From positions 637,534 through 701,533 of the forward strand of contig CAVXHP010000006.1 of assembly GCA_963761725.1 (NCBI GenBank): DNA of 64,000 nucleotides, in the 5' to 3' direction. The translations under genes and the position numbers were made by a program. This document shows, in pieces, positions 38,260 to 49,086 of this stretch (position 1 is the stretch's first letter; the number at the start of each line of letters is the position of its first letter). Under the pieces are notes generated by a model. That model did not search any database. It was not told the origin of the DNA and saw nothing but the letters and a program-made list of their open reading frames with translations. The stretch comes from an uncultured Cytophagales bacterium. GTDB taxonomy: Bacteria > Bacteroidota > Bacteroidia > Cytophagales > Bernardetiaceae.

Positions 38260-40688
38260 ATGAAACTTCTTTTTTCTACTTTCGCACTTTTTATTTTTAC
38301 TTCATTTGCTCCTCTTTTTCCTCTTATTGCTCAAAATTATTCTATTATAGGAATTGCAGAGTCTGAAACAGAAGAGCCTATTTCTTTTGCTGCTGTCGGC
38401 TTAATGAATGCTTCTGATTCTTCTCTTGCAAAAGCTACCGTTGCTGACGAAGAAGGAAAATTTCGTTTAGTAGGAATTCAAAAAGGGAATTATTTCCTAA
38501 CTATTTCAAGTGTTGGATATGATAAATATACTCAAAAAATTACTGTTTCTGCTACTTCAAATCAAACTATTGATTTGGAAAAAATACTTGTAAAATCAAA
38601 TAATGTCTTAGATGCCGTTGAAATAAAAGCTCAAAAACCAATGGTAGAAGTTTTTGCAGACAAAACCGTTTTTAATGTAGAGGGAACAATCGCAGCAACA
38701 GGTTCATCAGCCTTAGATGTAATGAGAAAAGCACCAGGTGTAATGTTAGATAACAATGATAATTTAATGGTAGAAGGAAAGACAGGCGTACAGATTTTTA
38801 TAGATGGAAAACGCTCCATTTTGCAAGGTGAAGCACTTACCAATTATCTCAACACATTACAGTCTTCCGATATTGAAAGCATTGAAATTATTACTCAACC
38901 TTCTTCCAAATACGATGCAGCAGGAAGTGCAGGAATTTTGAATATCAAATTAAAGAAAAACAAGAATTTTGGCACAAATGGAAGTATAGGAGTTGGCTAT
39001 TCAGTTTGGGATAATAATAGAATGAATGGTTCGCTTTCACTCAACAATCGCACAAAAAAGACAAATACTTTTTTGAGTTATAGTAATAGTTTTGGTAAAA
39101 CGGGAAGTTTTATCAATTTATACAGACAACAAAACGAATCTAATTTTTGATGCTAGAACTGATAATGTAAGAGAACAAAATAGCCATAATTTTAGAGCAG
39201 GAACGGATATTTTTGCCAGCAAAAAAAGTACATTCGGAATTTTGATTGATGCTAATTTGAGTGACAATTATGCAGAAACAGACTCTAGAACGCCAATTAT
39301 TAATCAAACTACTAACGAAACGCTACAAGTTTTGAAAGCAGATAATACAGACGACTCTAATTTTTATAATCTTTTGGGAAACCTCAATTATCGTTATGAA
39401 GATACATTGGGACGTTCGTTTAATGTGGATTTTGATTATGGAAAATACAATTCGGATAGACAAAATTACCAGCCTAATCTGTATTTCAATGGAAATGAAG
39501 CTCAAGTTTTGAGTAGTGTAATTTATGAAATGATTACGCCTACTACGATTGATATTCTGACAGGACAAGCAGATTACGAACAAAATTTTTTGAAAGGAAA
39601 ATTAGCTGTGGGAGTAAAAGCATCGCAAGTAAAGACAGATAATAGCTTTTGAATTTTATGATGTTTTGGATGGGAATTCTGTTTTCAATGAAGACAAAAG
39701 CAATCAGTTTTTTTATACTGAAAACATCAATGCAGCGTACTTTAATTACAACAGAAAGTGGAAAAAAATGAATGTTCAGGTAGGTTTGCGTGTAGAAAAC
39801 ACAGTTTCTGATGGAAGACTAGAAAGTACACAGGTAGAAAACAACGAGCGAGTAAAACGAAATTACACAAACCTTTTTCCTTCTGGCGGACTTACTTACA
39901 ATCTAAATCGTCAGAATTCTTTTGCTCTTACATACAGTCGTAGAATTGAGCGACCAAATTATCAAAACCTAAACCCTTTTGAAATGCAGATAGATGAGCT
40001 TAGTATAAGAAAAGGAAATGCCTTTTTGCAGCCTCAATATGTAGATAATATAAAATTTTCGCATACCTATAAATACACGCTCAATACTTCGATTAGTTAT
40101 AGTCATGTTCAAGACTTTTTTGCACAAGTTACGCAAGCACAAGACGAGCGAAGAAGTGTTCTGCAAACTCAAAATGTAGCTAGTCAAGAAGTATATAGTT
40201 TTTCGTTGAGTTATCCTTTTGAGATTACCAAGTGGTGGAATGTTTATGCAAGTATGAATGCGTATCATAGTGTTTATGAAGGAACAACAGAGGCATTTTT
40301 GTCAGTTTCACAAAGTACAGTTACAGGTTATGGACAGAATACATTTTCGCTTCCCAAAGAGTTTAAGTTTGAAGTTTCGGGTTGGGTAAGTTCGCCTTCC
40401 GTTTGGGGTGGAACGTATCTAACAAAAACTTTGGGTTCTCTTAATTTAGCGTTACAGAAGAAGTTTTTAGATGATAAGTTATCACTTCGTTTGTCTCTGA
40501 ATGATGTTTTGTTTACCTCTCCTTGGCGTGGCGATACAGAGTTTGATAATGTAATTATTCGTGGAAATGGTGGTTGGGAAAGCCGTCAGTTTAGAATAAA
40601 TTTGAGTTATAATTTTGGTAGCAAACAAGTAAAGTCAGCTAGGAAACGCAAGACAGCAGCAGAAGATGAGAGTGGAAGGATTGAATAA
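38260..40688 (+). pseudogene. TonB-dependent outer-membrane receptor (carboxypeptidase-regulatory-like N-domain + plug + beta-barrel), split into 3 ORFs (38260-39150, 39092-39652, 39666-40688)
   Basis: N-terminal CarbopepD_reg-like beta-sandwich (IGIAESETEEPISFAAVGL). Plug region (DAVEIKAQKPMVEV...DVMRKAPGV). Beta-barrel-rich C-terminus. Overlapping ORFs in different frames; total ~820 aa. Confidence 0.65.
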
Positions 40689-40734
40689 GAACTTGATGTA
40701 AAATTTTGAAAACTAAAAACTCCTTATTTCCCGA

Positions 40735-40918
40735 GCCGTTGTTGGTCTTTAACTTCGGCTTGCCGTTGTGATTACCAACAACAGACATACACGAACAATT
40801 TATGAACTCACCACCAAAACTAAAAAGTTAAATGCGAAAAAAGTGTTTATCTTAGCTTACACATGTTTGAGTTGTTGGTCATCGTAACGGCAAGCCGAAA
40901 CTAAAGACCAACAACGGC
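40735..40918. repeat. ~184-bp element bounded by ~47-bp imperfect inverted repeats (GCCGTTGTTGGTCTTTAACTTCGGCTTGCCGTTGTGATTACCAACAAC ... GTTGTTGGTCATCGTAACGGCAAGCCGAAACTAAAGACCAACAACGGC)
   Basis: Long arms are reverse complements with a few mismatches. Shares the CCGTTGTTGGT/ACCAACAACGG core with the hairpins at 25930 and 53301. Confidence 0.6.
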
Positions 40919-41065
40919 ATTGTAGCATTTAAACCTAATAAAAAAACTCTTTATTCCTTCCATAAAAAAGAAATAAAGAGTTTAAAATTAAATTTACAAA
41001 AAAAGCAATTGGCATTTAATCTTCATTCATCATATGAATCATTTACCAATAAGTTCAAAAAAATA

Positions 41066-42571
41066 TTACATCGCAATAGCAAAAAATCCTCTTCTACCTG
41101 TTGGATGAAAACCTTCAATCAAAACGCCTCCTGTTTTTCCTTCTAAAAGTCGGATTACATCAGCAGAGTTATCTACTTTTTCTTTGTCTATATGCGTAAT
41201 AATAAATCCTTCAGGAACTTGTGCCTCCTTAAACTTTCCTTTCTCAATACTTGCTATCTTTACACCTGTTGTTCCTATTTTGGTAGCATCTTCTGGAGAA
41301 ATATTCTGGATATCAATTCCTAAAGTCTGAATTTTCATTACTTTCCCAGCTTCATTGGTAACAAGTTCGGTAGTTCCCAAACGATTTTTGAGTTCTACAT
41401 TGGTGTTTCGTTCTTTTCCATTTCTAAGATAAACTACCGCCACCTTATCACCTGGACGTTTTCTTGCAATACGCTCTTGAAGCTGTGCCGAAGTGTTTAC
41501 TTGAACGCCATCTATTTCAATGATTACATCACCTGTTTCTAGACCTGCTTCTATGGCTCCACTTTTTTCGGTTACACCTGCTACATAAATTCCACGTACA
41601 ACAGACAAATTCATTTCCTTGGATAATTCTGCTGTTACATCTCTGATTTGAACTCCCAAAAGACCACGCTGGACAATTCCATGTTCTCTCAAATCGGTTA
41701 CTACTTTTTTCACAATTCCAATCGGAACAGCAAATGAATATCCTGCAAAAGAACCTGTTGTGGAAGCAATAGCTGTATTTATTCCTACTAATTCTCCATT
41801 TACATTTACCAACGCACCACCACTGTTACCAGGATTTACGGCTGCATCAGTTTGTATAAATGCTTCTACTCCCAAACCATCTCTACGACGCAAAATATTT
41901 ATATTTCTAGCCTTTGCACTCACAATTCCTGCCGTTACGGTAGAAGTAAGGTCAAACGGATTTCCGACAGCAAGTACCCACTCACCTACTTGTAAATCAT
42001 CTGAATTTCCAAAAGGAACGGGTTTTAATTCTTCATCAGCATCAATTTTCAGAAGTGCCAAATCTGTACTTGGATCTGTTCCGATAAGCTCTGCCGTATA
42101 ACTTTTTTGATTATTCATTACTACATCAATACGAGTAGCATTTTCCACAACGTGATTATTAGTTACGATATAACCATCTTGCTGAATAATAACTCCCGAA
42201 CCCGAACCCATTCTAACCTCTCCATTATTCTGATTTCTATCTGGCATTTGTCCACCAAAAAAATCTTTAAAAAGATCTTCCATAGATTGTTGCTGACGAT
42301 TACTCATAGCCGAAGGATTTCCAAAGGTCTGAATATGAACAACGGCTGGTGTTGCTCGTTTGGCAGCTTCTACAAAATTCAAATTTTGAGGAGAAAGGTT
42401 TGGACTTGCAGGGTCTGGATTTCCAAAACCTGTTTGTAAAAAAGGTTGATTGACTTGTAAAGCTCCGTTTTGATAAACTGGTGCAAAAAAGTTTAGATAA
42501 ATACCCAAAGCAACTGTTGCACCCACAACACCAGAAAATAAGGCGATAAAAAATAATCCTATTCGTTTCAT
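41066..42571 (-). CDS. htrA: Periplasmic serine endoprotease DegP/HtrA family (trypsin-like domain + 2 PDZ)
   Basis: Catalytic triad context TNNHVV (His), D, GNSGGAL (Ser). Two PDZ-like regions. N-terminal signal/TM. Confidence 0.85.
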   Translation of the reverse strand: MKRIGLFFIALFSGVVGATVALGIYLNFFAPVYQNGALQVNQPFLQTGFGNPDPASPNLSPQNLNFVEAAKRATPAVVHIQTFGNPSAMSNRQQQSMEDLFKDFFGGQMPDRNQNNGEVRMGSGSGVIIQQDGYIVTNNHVVENATRIDVVMNNQKSYTAELIGTDPSTDLALLKIDADEELKPVPFGNSDDLQVGEWVLAVGNPFDLTSTVTAGIVSAKARNINILRRRDGLGVEAFIQTDAAVNPGNSGGALVNVNGELVGINTAIASTTGSFAGYSFAVPIGIVKKVVTDLREHGIVQRGLLGVQIRDVTAELSKEMNLSVVRGIYVAGVTEKSGAIEAGLETGDVIIEIDGVQVNTSAQLQERIARKRPGDKVAVVYLRNGKERNTNVELKNRLGTTELVTNEAGKVMKIQTLGIDIQNISPEDATKIGTTGVKIASIEKGKFKEAQVPEGFIITHIDKEKVDNSADVIRLLEGKTGGVLIEGFHPTGRRGFFAIAM

Positions 42572-42931
42572 AAATTGATTGATTGTAATTTAATTACTGA
42601 TTTTATAATTTTTATAACTATTGATAGAAGACGGTATATTCTTTCGCTTCTAAACTACTTTATACAAATTTAGTTCTGAATTTTAATTTTTGATATACGT
42701 AATCTACTATCTTATACTCATTCCAACTGCCAAAGTCGTACTAATTTTACTCCTTGTACTATGGATTAACAATTTCTAAGAAAAATAAGAAAAAATAGTA
42801 CAAAATTAAGATTTTAGAATGTCGTTTTGTCAGTTTTGATTCAAAAATTAGTACATCAAATTCAACAAAAAAACCCTATTCATTTTCATAAAAAATAGGG
42901 ATTTTACTGTTCTAAAACATAGTATAAAAAA

Positions 42932-43084
42932 CTAGCTATTTACAGAACTCTGAACCGTCTTTGTAGTCTGTTTTGCATACGTCGGACAGGTTTTGAAAGA
43001 AGTACAAGAACTAGCCGTAATTATTAAAAGACAACCAATAATTGCCGATGCTCTGCGAAAGTTTTTGATTGAAATATTTTTCAT
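42932..43084 (-). CDS. Putative small secreted/lipoprotein-like peptide (50 aa; MKNISIKNFRRASAIIGCLLIITASSCTSFK...)
   Basis: Own translation of the minus strand in the 930-bp ORF-poor region. Signal-like hydrophobic stretch followed by Cys. Below the 60-aa track threshold. Confidence 0.25.
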   Translation of the reverse strand: MKNISIKNFRRASAIIGCLLIITASSCTSFKTCPTYAKQTTKTVQSSVNS

Positions 43085-43502
43085 AGAAGTAGGATTTGAA
43101 GTATAAAATATCTTTTTTTTGGAGAAATATGAATAGTAGGAATGTAATACTAGAATGAAAACTACTACTGCAAAAGTACAAAATCTAGATCAATTTAGTA
43201 GCACCTATATCAGTACCTAGATTAGCACCTAATTATGTTTAAAGAACGTAATTTTGTGTCAATTGGTATAAAATTAATGCTATATACAAATCAAAGCAAA
43301 TAACTTGCCTTTTTATTGTGTAGCGTGCAACAAATCTACTACTTTACAAATAGTTATAAACTTGTTTTTTCGTTGAGTATTTCAGATTACTTACCGAGCG
43401 TTTTGATTAGATAGCTTCTTTATGGATATAAGTTTGAAAAGTATAAAAAAAAGGTACAACAAAAATCCTATCATTCTATACGCCTATTTAATATTTTGAA
43501 TT

Positions 43503-46500
43503 ATGAAATCCCTATCTTCTAAATTCTTGTCTTCAACCCATTCAATTATTCTACCAAAGCAAATATCTTTATTTTTTGAAGGTATTTTTTCATTATCCTT
43601 TTTTGCTCTTTCTTTTATAGGTTATTTAGCCATTCTGTTAGTTTTCTTTTTTGGAAATACTGTTTCTTTATTTGCTCAAAAAACTAATTCTATACAACTA
43701 CAAGAACAGCAAAATCAACAAACACAGGCAATAATGGGATTGCGTTTTAAGGGGTTTGATTCTGATGATGGATTAGCACAAAATAATGTTACGGCAATTT
43801 TGCAAGATACTCGTGGCTTTGTTTGGATAGGAACAGGTGACGGACTAAGTAAATATGATGGGTATGAATTCAAGAATTATACACACATAGTAGAAGATTC
43901 TTCTTCACTTTCGGCTGGAATGGTAACTGCTCTGCATCAAGATGCACAAGGCATTCTTTGGGTAGGAACTACAAACGGAATCAATAAATATGACTTTACA
44001 AAAGACCGTTTTATACAATATAGACTTAAAGAAAGCAGAATTTCTAATCTAAATACTCGTACAGTAAGAAGTATTTTCCAAGATAGCAATGAAACATTAT
44101 GGATAGGAACAGAAAATGGAATCAAAATCTATGATAAGCTAAATAATAGTATCGAATATTCGCAAGAATATAATGGTCTTTTAGAAGTTCCTGTTTTGGC
44201 TTTGTATGAAGATAATGATAGTACATTTTGGGTAGGAACTGAAAATGGACTTTATAAATTAGATAGACAACGTAGAGCTTTTGTTCCTGTTTTTGTAGAT
44301 GGAACACAACTTACACAGTTTCCTGTCTATACTTTTTTTGAGGACAGACAACAAAATCTTTGGGTAGGAACGCAAGAAGGTGCCTTCAAATTAGATAGAA
44401 AACGAAAAAAAGCAAAAAAATATTCTTCTACCAGTTTCCCAACTACACTTAGTAATGATATTGTCAAGACCATTTCGCAAGACAAAAAGGGAGATATTTG
44501 GATAGGAACCTATGGAGGAGGAATTAATCGTTTGATTACTACCACTGGACAAGTTGCAACTATTCGCCAAAATGAAGCCGAGCAGTATTCCTTAAGTGAT
44601 GATATTGTACAAACTATATATCATGATAGAAGCGGAATTCTTTGGATAGGAACGTATGACGGACTTAATAAATACGATGAGGAAAAAGAAGTTTTTTATA
44701 ATTATCCTATTCCATTACAATACGTAGCTCGTAATCTCCAAAAAGAAGTTTGGGCTGTAGAAGAAGATTATTTAGGAAACACATGGATAGGTACAGAAGA
44801 AGGGCTGTATGTTTATATGCCAAAACCTGAATCTACACAATGGGAACTTACCAAAATCGGAGACAAACTTGGACTCAAGAACAAACATATAGTGAGCCTT
44901 TTAGAAGACAAAAAAGGAACTCTATGGATAGGAACATTACAAGATGGTCTCTACAAGTATAATCTCAAATCATTAGGCGTTGGAGGAAATTCTACTACTG
45001 AAGCTATCCCCTTTGACCTTACCAATCTGGCAAACAAAAAAGCAGAGATAAATCTACAACTTGCTGATAATAGCATCTGGACAATGATGCAAGATACTTA
45101 TAATGATATATGGATAGGTACAAATAATGGACTTTATACCATAAAAGATAAGACCGAAAAAGTCAATAAATATACAGAAAGAGATGGTTCGGGGTTGAGT
45201 GATAATTCTATTTGGGCATTATTACAAGACCGATATGGGGTAGTATGGGTAGGAACAAGCAATGGACTAAACCGTTTTAGAAAACAAAGTCGTGATTTTA
45301 TTACCTATAATCAAGCAAATAATGATTCTGGTGGATTAAGTAATGGCTATATCGTTACTCTTTTTGAAGATGAAACGGGTGTACTTTGGGCAGGAACGCA
45401 TGGAGGAGGTCTTAATCGTTTCCATAAAGAAGCTGATAATTTTACACACTATACCGAAAAAGATGGATTACCTGATGGTGTAATTTATGCCATAGAGCAA
45501 GATAATAGCCGTCATTTATGGATTAGTACCAACAGAGGTTTATCAAGATTTAATATTGATACGCAGGTTTTTAATAATTATGATGTAAATGATGGACTTC
45601 CAAGTAATCGTTTTAATCACAATGCTGTTGAGAAAACTAAAAATGGAGAACTTATATTTGGTACAGTTTACGGAATTACGGTTTTTCATCCAGATAGTAT
45701 AAAGGATAATAATTATATTCCACCTGTTTATCTTACTAATTTGAAAGTATTGGGTAGAGATATTCGTGCAGGCGATGGAACAGGAATATTGACTAGAAAT
45801 ATTGCTCAAACAGATATGATTACGCTTCCTCATGGACAGAATAGTTTTGCTGTAGATTTTGTAGCTCTAAATTACCGCCTTCCCAAAAAGACAGTTTATA
45901 TGTATAAGCTAGAAGGTTTTGATAACGAATGGCATTATACAACGTATAGAAATCATACGGCTTCTTATACTAATTTACCAGAAGGTAGAGAATATATTTT
46001 GAGAGTAAAAGCTGCAAATAGTGATGGCTATTGGAATGAGAGTGGTGCGACATTACGCATTTATATCAATCCTCCTTATTGGGAAGCAATTTGGTTCAGA
46101 ATTGCATTAGCTATGCTTTTGATTGGTGCTGGAGCTTCATTTTGGTTTTGGAGAAATGGCGAAATGCAGAAACAAAAAAACCGCCTTTCGATGGAAGTTC
46201 ATCAACGCACAAATGAATTAGAAGAAGAAAAAGAAAAATTACAGACTGCTTATAATGAAATATCAAACCAAAGTCGTCAGATTTTGGATATGAATGCAGT
46301 CTTGAAACAAAAGCAGACCGAAGTCATGATACAGCGTGATGACCTTTCAAAACAAAGAAATGAAATTGAGAATTCGTATCAAAATGTACGTGTTCTTTCT
46401 GATATTGGTCAGCAAGTAACAGCTACCTTAGATTTTGACCAAATGGTAGGCGTTCTTTATCAGCACGTTAATAGTTTAATGAATGCTCCTGGTTTTGGAA

Positions 46501-47681
46501 TCGGTGTTTTGAACGAAAAAACAAGTTTGATAGAATTTAGAGGTTATTCTGTTGAAGGACAACCACTTAATTATGATTTTAACGCAGCAAGAGATAAGAC
46601 ATTACTTTCTGCTTGGGCAATCCGAAATCAGAAAGAAGTAAAGATAGGAGATTTGCAAAGCGAATATGCAAAATATGTAGCTGGAGAAGTAGTAGCAGTA
46701 GGAACTACAATTCCAAAATCGCTTATTTATTTACCTTTAGCTATCAAAAATCGTCCTGTTGGTGTTCTGACTGTACAATCTTTGGAAAAGGGTGCGTACT
46801 CTGACCGTCATTTGACATTACTAAAAGGTCTTGCTTCTTACGTTTCGATTGCACTAGATAATATTCAAAATTATTCAGAATTAGGACAAGCCAAGAATAC
46901 AATTCAGGAAAGTAGTGTTCGTATTATGGACAGTCTGCGTTATGCTCAAACCATTCAGCAAGCCATTTTGCCTACCGATGATATGCTTCAAAGTAGTTTT
47001 GATGATTCTTTCATGATTTTCAGACCAAAAGATGTAGTTTCTGGAGATTTTTATTGGCTCAGAGAAATAGAAGGACGTACTTTTATTGCTGCTGTTGATT
47101 GTACAGGACACGGAGTTCCAGGAGCTTTTATGTCTATGATTGGAAGTAGATTGCTCAATGAAATTATTAATGAAGCAAATATACTTGAACCTGCCAAAAT
47201 TTTAGATGAATTACATATTCGTTTGAAAAATGCACTAAAGCAAGAAGAATCAAGAAATGACGACGGTATGGATGTTTCTTTGTGTAGAATTGATGCACTA
47301 GAAGAAGATACATTAGAACGAGAAATTGTTTTTGCAGGAGCAAAACGTCATGCAGTTTGGGTAAGTAGAGGAGAATCTCATATTTTGAAAGGAGATAAAA
47401 AGTCTATTGGAGGTTGGAGAAAGAGTAAAAAACGTCCGTTTATACAACTTCAAATGACTGCAAAAAAAGGAGATGCTCTTTATTTATTTACAGATGGGAT
47501 AACAGACCAGAATAATATCGCAGGTGCAAAATACGGCTCAAAACGTTTGCATCAATTATTAAATCAAAGTTCAGATTTTGATATGGGTGAGCAAAAAACT
47601 ATTTTGGAAGAAGATTTAGACCGCCATCAGGGAAATCAAAAGCAAAGAGATGATATTACTCTTATTGGAATCAGACTGTAA
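43503..47681 (+). CDS. Large sensor protein: two-component-regulator beta-propeller repeats + Y_Y_Y domain, TM, coiled coil, GAF, C-terminal PP2C/SpoIIE Ser/Thr phosphatase
   Basis: Multiple Reg_prop repeats (W.GT..GL..YD). Y_Y_Y-like region (YMYKLEGFDNEWHYT...YILRVKAANSDGYWNE). TM after it. GAF. PP2C motifs GDFYWL, VDCTGHGVPGAFMSMIG, DGITDQ. Confidence 0.75.
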   Translation: MKSLSSKFLSSTHSIILPKQISLFFEGIFSLSFFALSFIGYLAILLVFFFGNTVSLFAQKTNSIQLQEQQNQQTQAIMGLRFKGFDSDDGLAQNNVTAILQDTRGFVWIGTGDGLSKYDGYEFKNYTHIVEDSSSLSAGMVTALHQDAQGILWVGTTNGINKYDFTKDRFIQYRLKESRISNLNTRTVRSIFQDSNETLWIGTENGIKIYDKLNNSIEYSQEYNGLLEVPVLALYEDNDSTFWVGTENGLYKLDRQRRAFVPVFVDGTQLTQFPVYTFFEDRQQNLWVGTQEGAFKLDRKRKKAKKYSSTSFPTTLSNDIVKTISQDKKGDIWIGTYGGGINRLITTTGQVATIRQNEAEQYSLSDDIVQTIYHDRSGILWIGTYDGLNKYDEEKEVFYNYPIPLQYVARNLQKEVWAVEEDYLGNTWIGTEEGLYVYMPKPESTQWELTKIGDKLGLKNKHIVSLLEDKKGTLWIGTLQDGLYKYNLKSLGVGGNSTTEAIPFDLTNLANKKAEINLQLADNSIWTMMQDTYNDIWIGTNNGLYTIKDKTEKVNKYTERDGSGLSDNSIWALLQDRYGVVWVGTSNGLNRFRKQSRDFITYNQANNDSGGLSNGYIVTLFEDETGVLWAGTHGGGLNRFHKEADNFTHYTEKDGLPDGVIYAIEQDNSRHLWISTNRGLSRFNIDTQVFNNYDVNDGLPSNRFNHNAVEKTKNGELIFGTVYGITVFHPDSIKDNNYIPPVYLTNLKVLGRDIRAGDGTGILTRNIAQTDMITLPHGQNSFAVDFVALNYRLPKKTVYMYKLEGFDNEWHYTTYRNHTASYTNLPEGREYILRVKAANSDGYWNESGATLRIYINPPYWEAIWFRIALAMLLIGAGASFWFWRNGEMQKQKNRLSMEVHQRTNELEEEKEKLQTAYNEISNQSRQILDMNAVLKQKQTEVMIQRDDLSKQRNEIENSYQNVRVLSDIGQQVTATLDFDQMVGVLYQHVNSLMNAPGFGIGVLNEKTSLIEFRGYSVEGQPLNYDFNAARDKTLLSAWAIRNQKEVKIGDLQSEYAKYVAGEVVAVGTTIPKSLIYLPLAIKNRPVGVLTVQSLEKGAYSDRHLTLLKGLASYVSIALDNIQNYSELGQAKNTIQESSVRIMDSLRYAQTIQQAILPTDDMLQSSFDDSFMIFRPKDVVSGDFYWLREIEGRTFIAAVDCTGHGVPGAFMSMIGSRLLNEIINEANILEPAKILDELHIRLKNALKQEESRNDDGMDVSLCRIDALEEDTLEREIVFAGAKRHAVWVSRGESHILKGDKKSIGGWRKSKKRPFIQLQMTAKKGDALYLFTDGITDQNNIAGAKYGSKRLHQLLNQSSDFDMGEQKTILEEDLDRHQGNQKQRDDITLIGIRL

Positions 47682-47683
47682 TT

Positions 47684-47739
47684 GGAGAATGAGAGTTGGA
47701 GAATGGGAATTGGAGAATGGATAATGGAGAATGGAGAAT
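47684..47739. repeat. Heptamer tandem repeat (GGAGAAT) x8 immediately after the stop codon
   Basis: ggagaat gagagtt ggagaat gggaatt ggagaat ggataat ggagaat ggagaat. Confidence 0.85.
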
Positions 47740-47770
47740 TATCATAACTAGAATTTTTATAACAAGAAAA

Positions 47771-47795
47771 AATTCGTAATTCGTAATTCGTAATT
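47771..47795. repeat. Heptamer tandem repeat (AATTCGT) x3 abutting the stop of the GNAT gene
   Basis: Same heptamer as 6984-7043. Confidence 0.85.
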
Positions 47796-48280
47796 TAAAC
47801 CTTATAAATCATTTTGTAGTGTTTTATTCCACTTTCATCAAAAATATCTCCATCTTTTTTGAATCCACAACGCTCATATAACGAAACAGCAGTTAATTGG
47901 GCATGTAAATAAATCATCTCTACAGTCTTGAATTCTTCTTTTTTCTGAATTTGTTCTAAAATAAACTCTACCATCTTTTGTCCTGTTTTTTTTCCTCTGT
48001 CTTCTTCCAAGACAGCAAAACGCTCCAATTTTATTCTCTTAGGAGAATTATCTTTATGCTTTTGTGTTATTCTAAAACGAGCCGTTCCGACAGCTTTTCC
48101 GTTGCCATACTTCTCTTCATCAATTGCTAAAATATGAGTAGCTATTTTGTCTAACCCATCCAAATCATCTTCTTCTGGGACATCTTGTCCTTCTATAAAA
48201 ACAATCCTGCGAATAGAAAAAGCACGCTCTAGTTTTTCTGAGTTTTCTGATGGGGTGCCTTCGAAAATCTGAATATTCAT
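47795..48280 (-). CDS. GNAT-family N-acetyltransferase
   Basis: Acetyl-CoA binding motif RFAVLEEDRGKKTGQKMV and the C-terminal YERCGF. Confidence 0.7.
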   Translation of the reverse strand: MNIQIFEGTPSENSEKLERAFSIRRIVFIEGQDVPEEDDLDGLDKIATHILAIDEEKYGNGKAVGTARFRITQKHKDNSPKRIKLERFAVLEEDRGKKTGQKMVEFILEQIQKKEEFKTVEMIYLHAQLTAVSLYERCGFKKDGDIFDESGIKHYKMIYKV

Positions 48281-48408
48281 AATAAATTGAGAAAAAATAA
48301 GTAAAAAAGATACTTTTTAAAATTAGGTTCTGTAATTTTGCAGCCACAAAAATAATTTATTTAATTTACAAAGGACAACGTTTTACTAAAAAATATCTTC
48401 AAATCATT

Positions 48409-48688
48409 CAATATGAGTGTCATTAATTCAATTCAAAATAGCTCTTCATTAGCTACAGAGTAGCATAACCTTTAGCTTCGGTGACTCGCTGCTCTTCGGG
48501 TGTAGAAAGGAATAAAAAATTAATTTTAAAAGCTACAGAGTAGCGTAACCTTGTTTTTAATTTTAATTTTCTCGCAAATCACAGAGTTTCGCTACTCTGT
48601 AGCTCTAATAAAGCTGTTTGTAACGTTCTACCAAGGTTACGTTGCTCTGCAACTGAAAATCAAATACTTAAAAATGACACTCATATTG
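48409..48688. mobile_element. MITE-like element copy 3 (280 bp), TSD AATCATT
   Basis: Perfect TIRs. 7-bp flanking duplication (48402-48408 / 48689-48695). Differs from copy 1 by a few SNPs. Confidence 0.8.
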
Positions 48689-48747
48689 AATCATTAATGA
48701 CTTAATTAAAAGATTTAATAGACAAGTTATATTTTAAGTTAATTTTA

Positions 48748-48999
48748 CAATATGAGTGTCATTGGCGAAAATCGAAACAAGTATTTGTTAGCTACAGAGT
48801 AGCGTAACCTTTGTAGAAAAAGAATAAGAATTGATTTGAAAAGCTACAGCGTAGCGTAACCTTATTTTTAATTCTAATTTCATGAAAGTTGCAAGGTTTC
48901 GCTACGCTGTAGCTCTAATGAAGGTTATTATTTACTGTTCTACCAAGGTTACGTTGCGATGCAACTAAAACTCAATACTTAGAAATGACACTCATATTG
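48748..48999. mobile_element. MITE-like element copy 4 (252 bp), TSD ATTTTA, 59 bp downstream of copy 3
   Basis: Perfect TIRs. Flanking ATTTTA (48742-48747 / 49000-49005). Internal hairpin carries a compensatory pair change (CAGCGTAGCG/CGCTACGCTG vs CAGAGTAGCG/CGCTACTCTG in copy 1). Confidence 0.8.
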
Positions 49000-49086
49000 A
49001 TTTTAATTCGTAGTTTTTAATTGACTTCGTCGCTTTGACAGGTCGTAATTCGTAATTATTTAATTCATTCATAAATTCATAAAATT

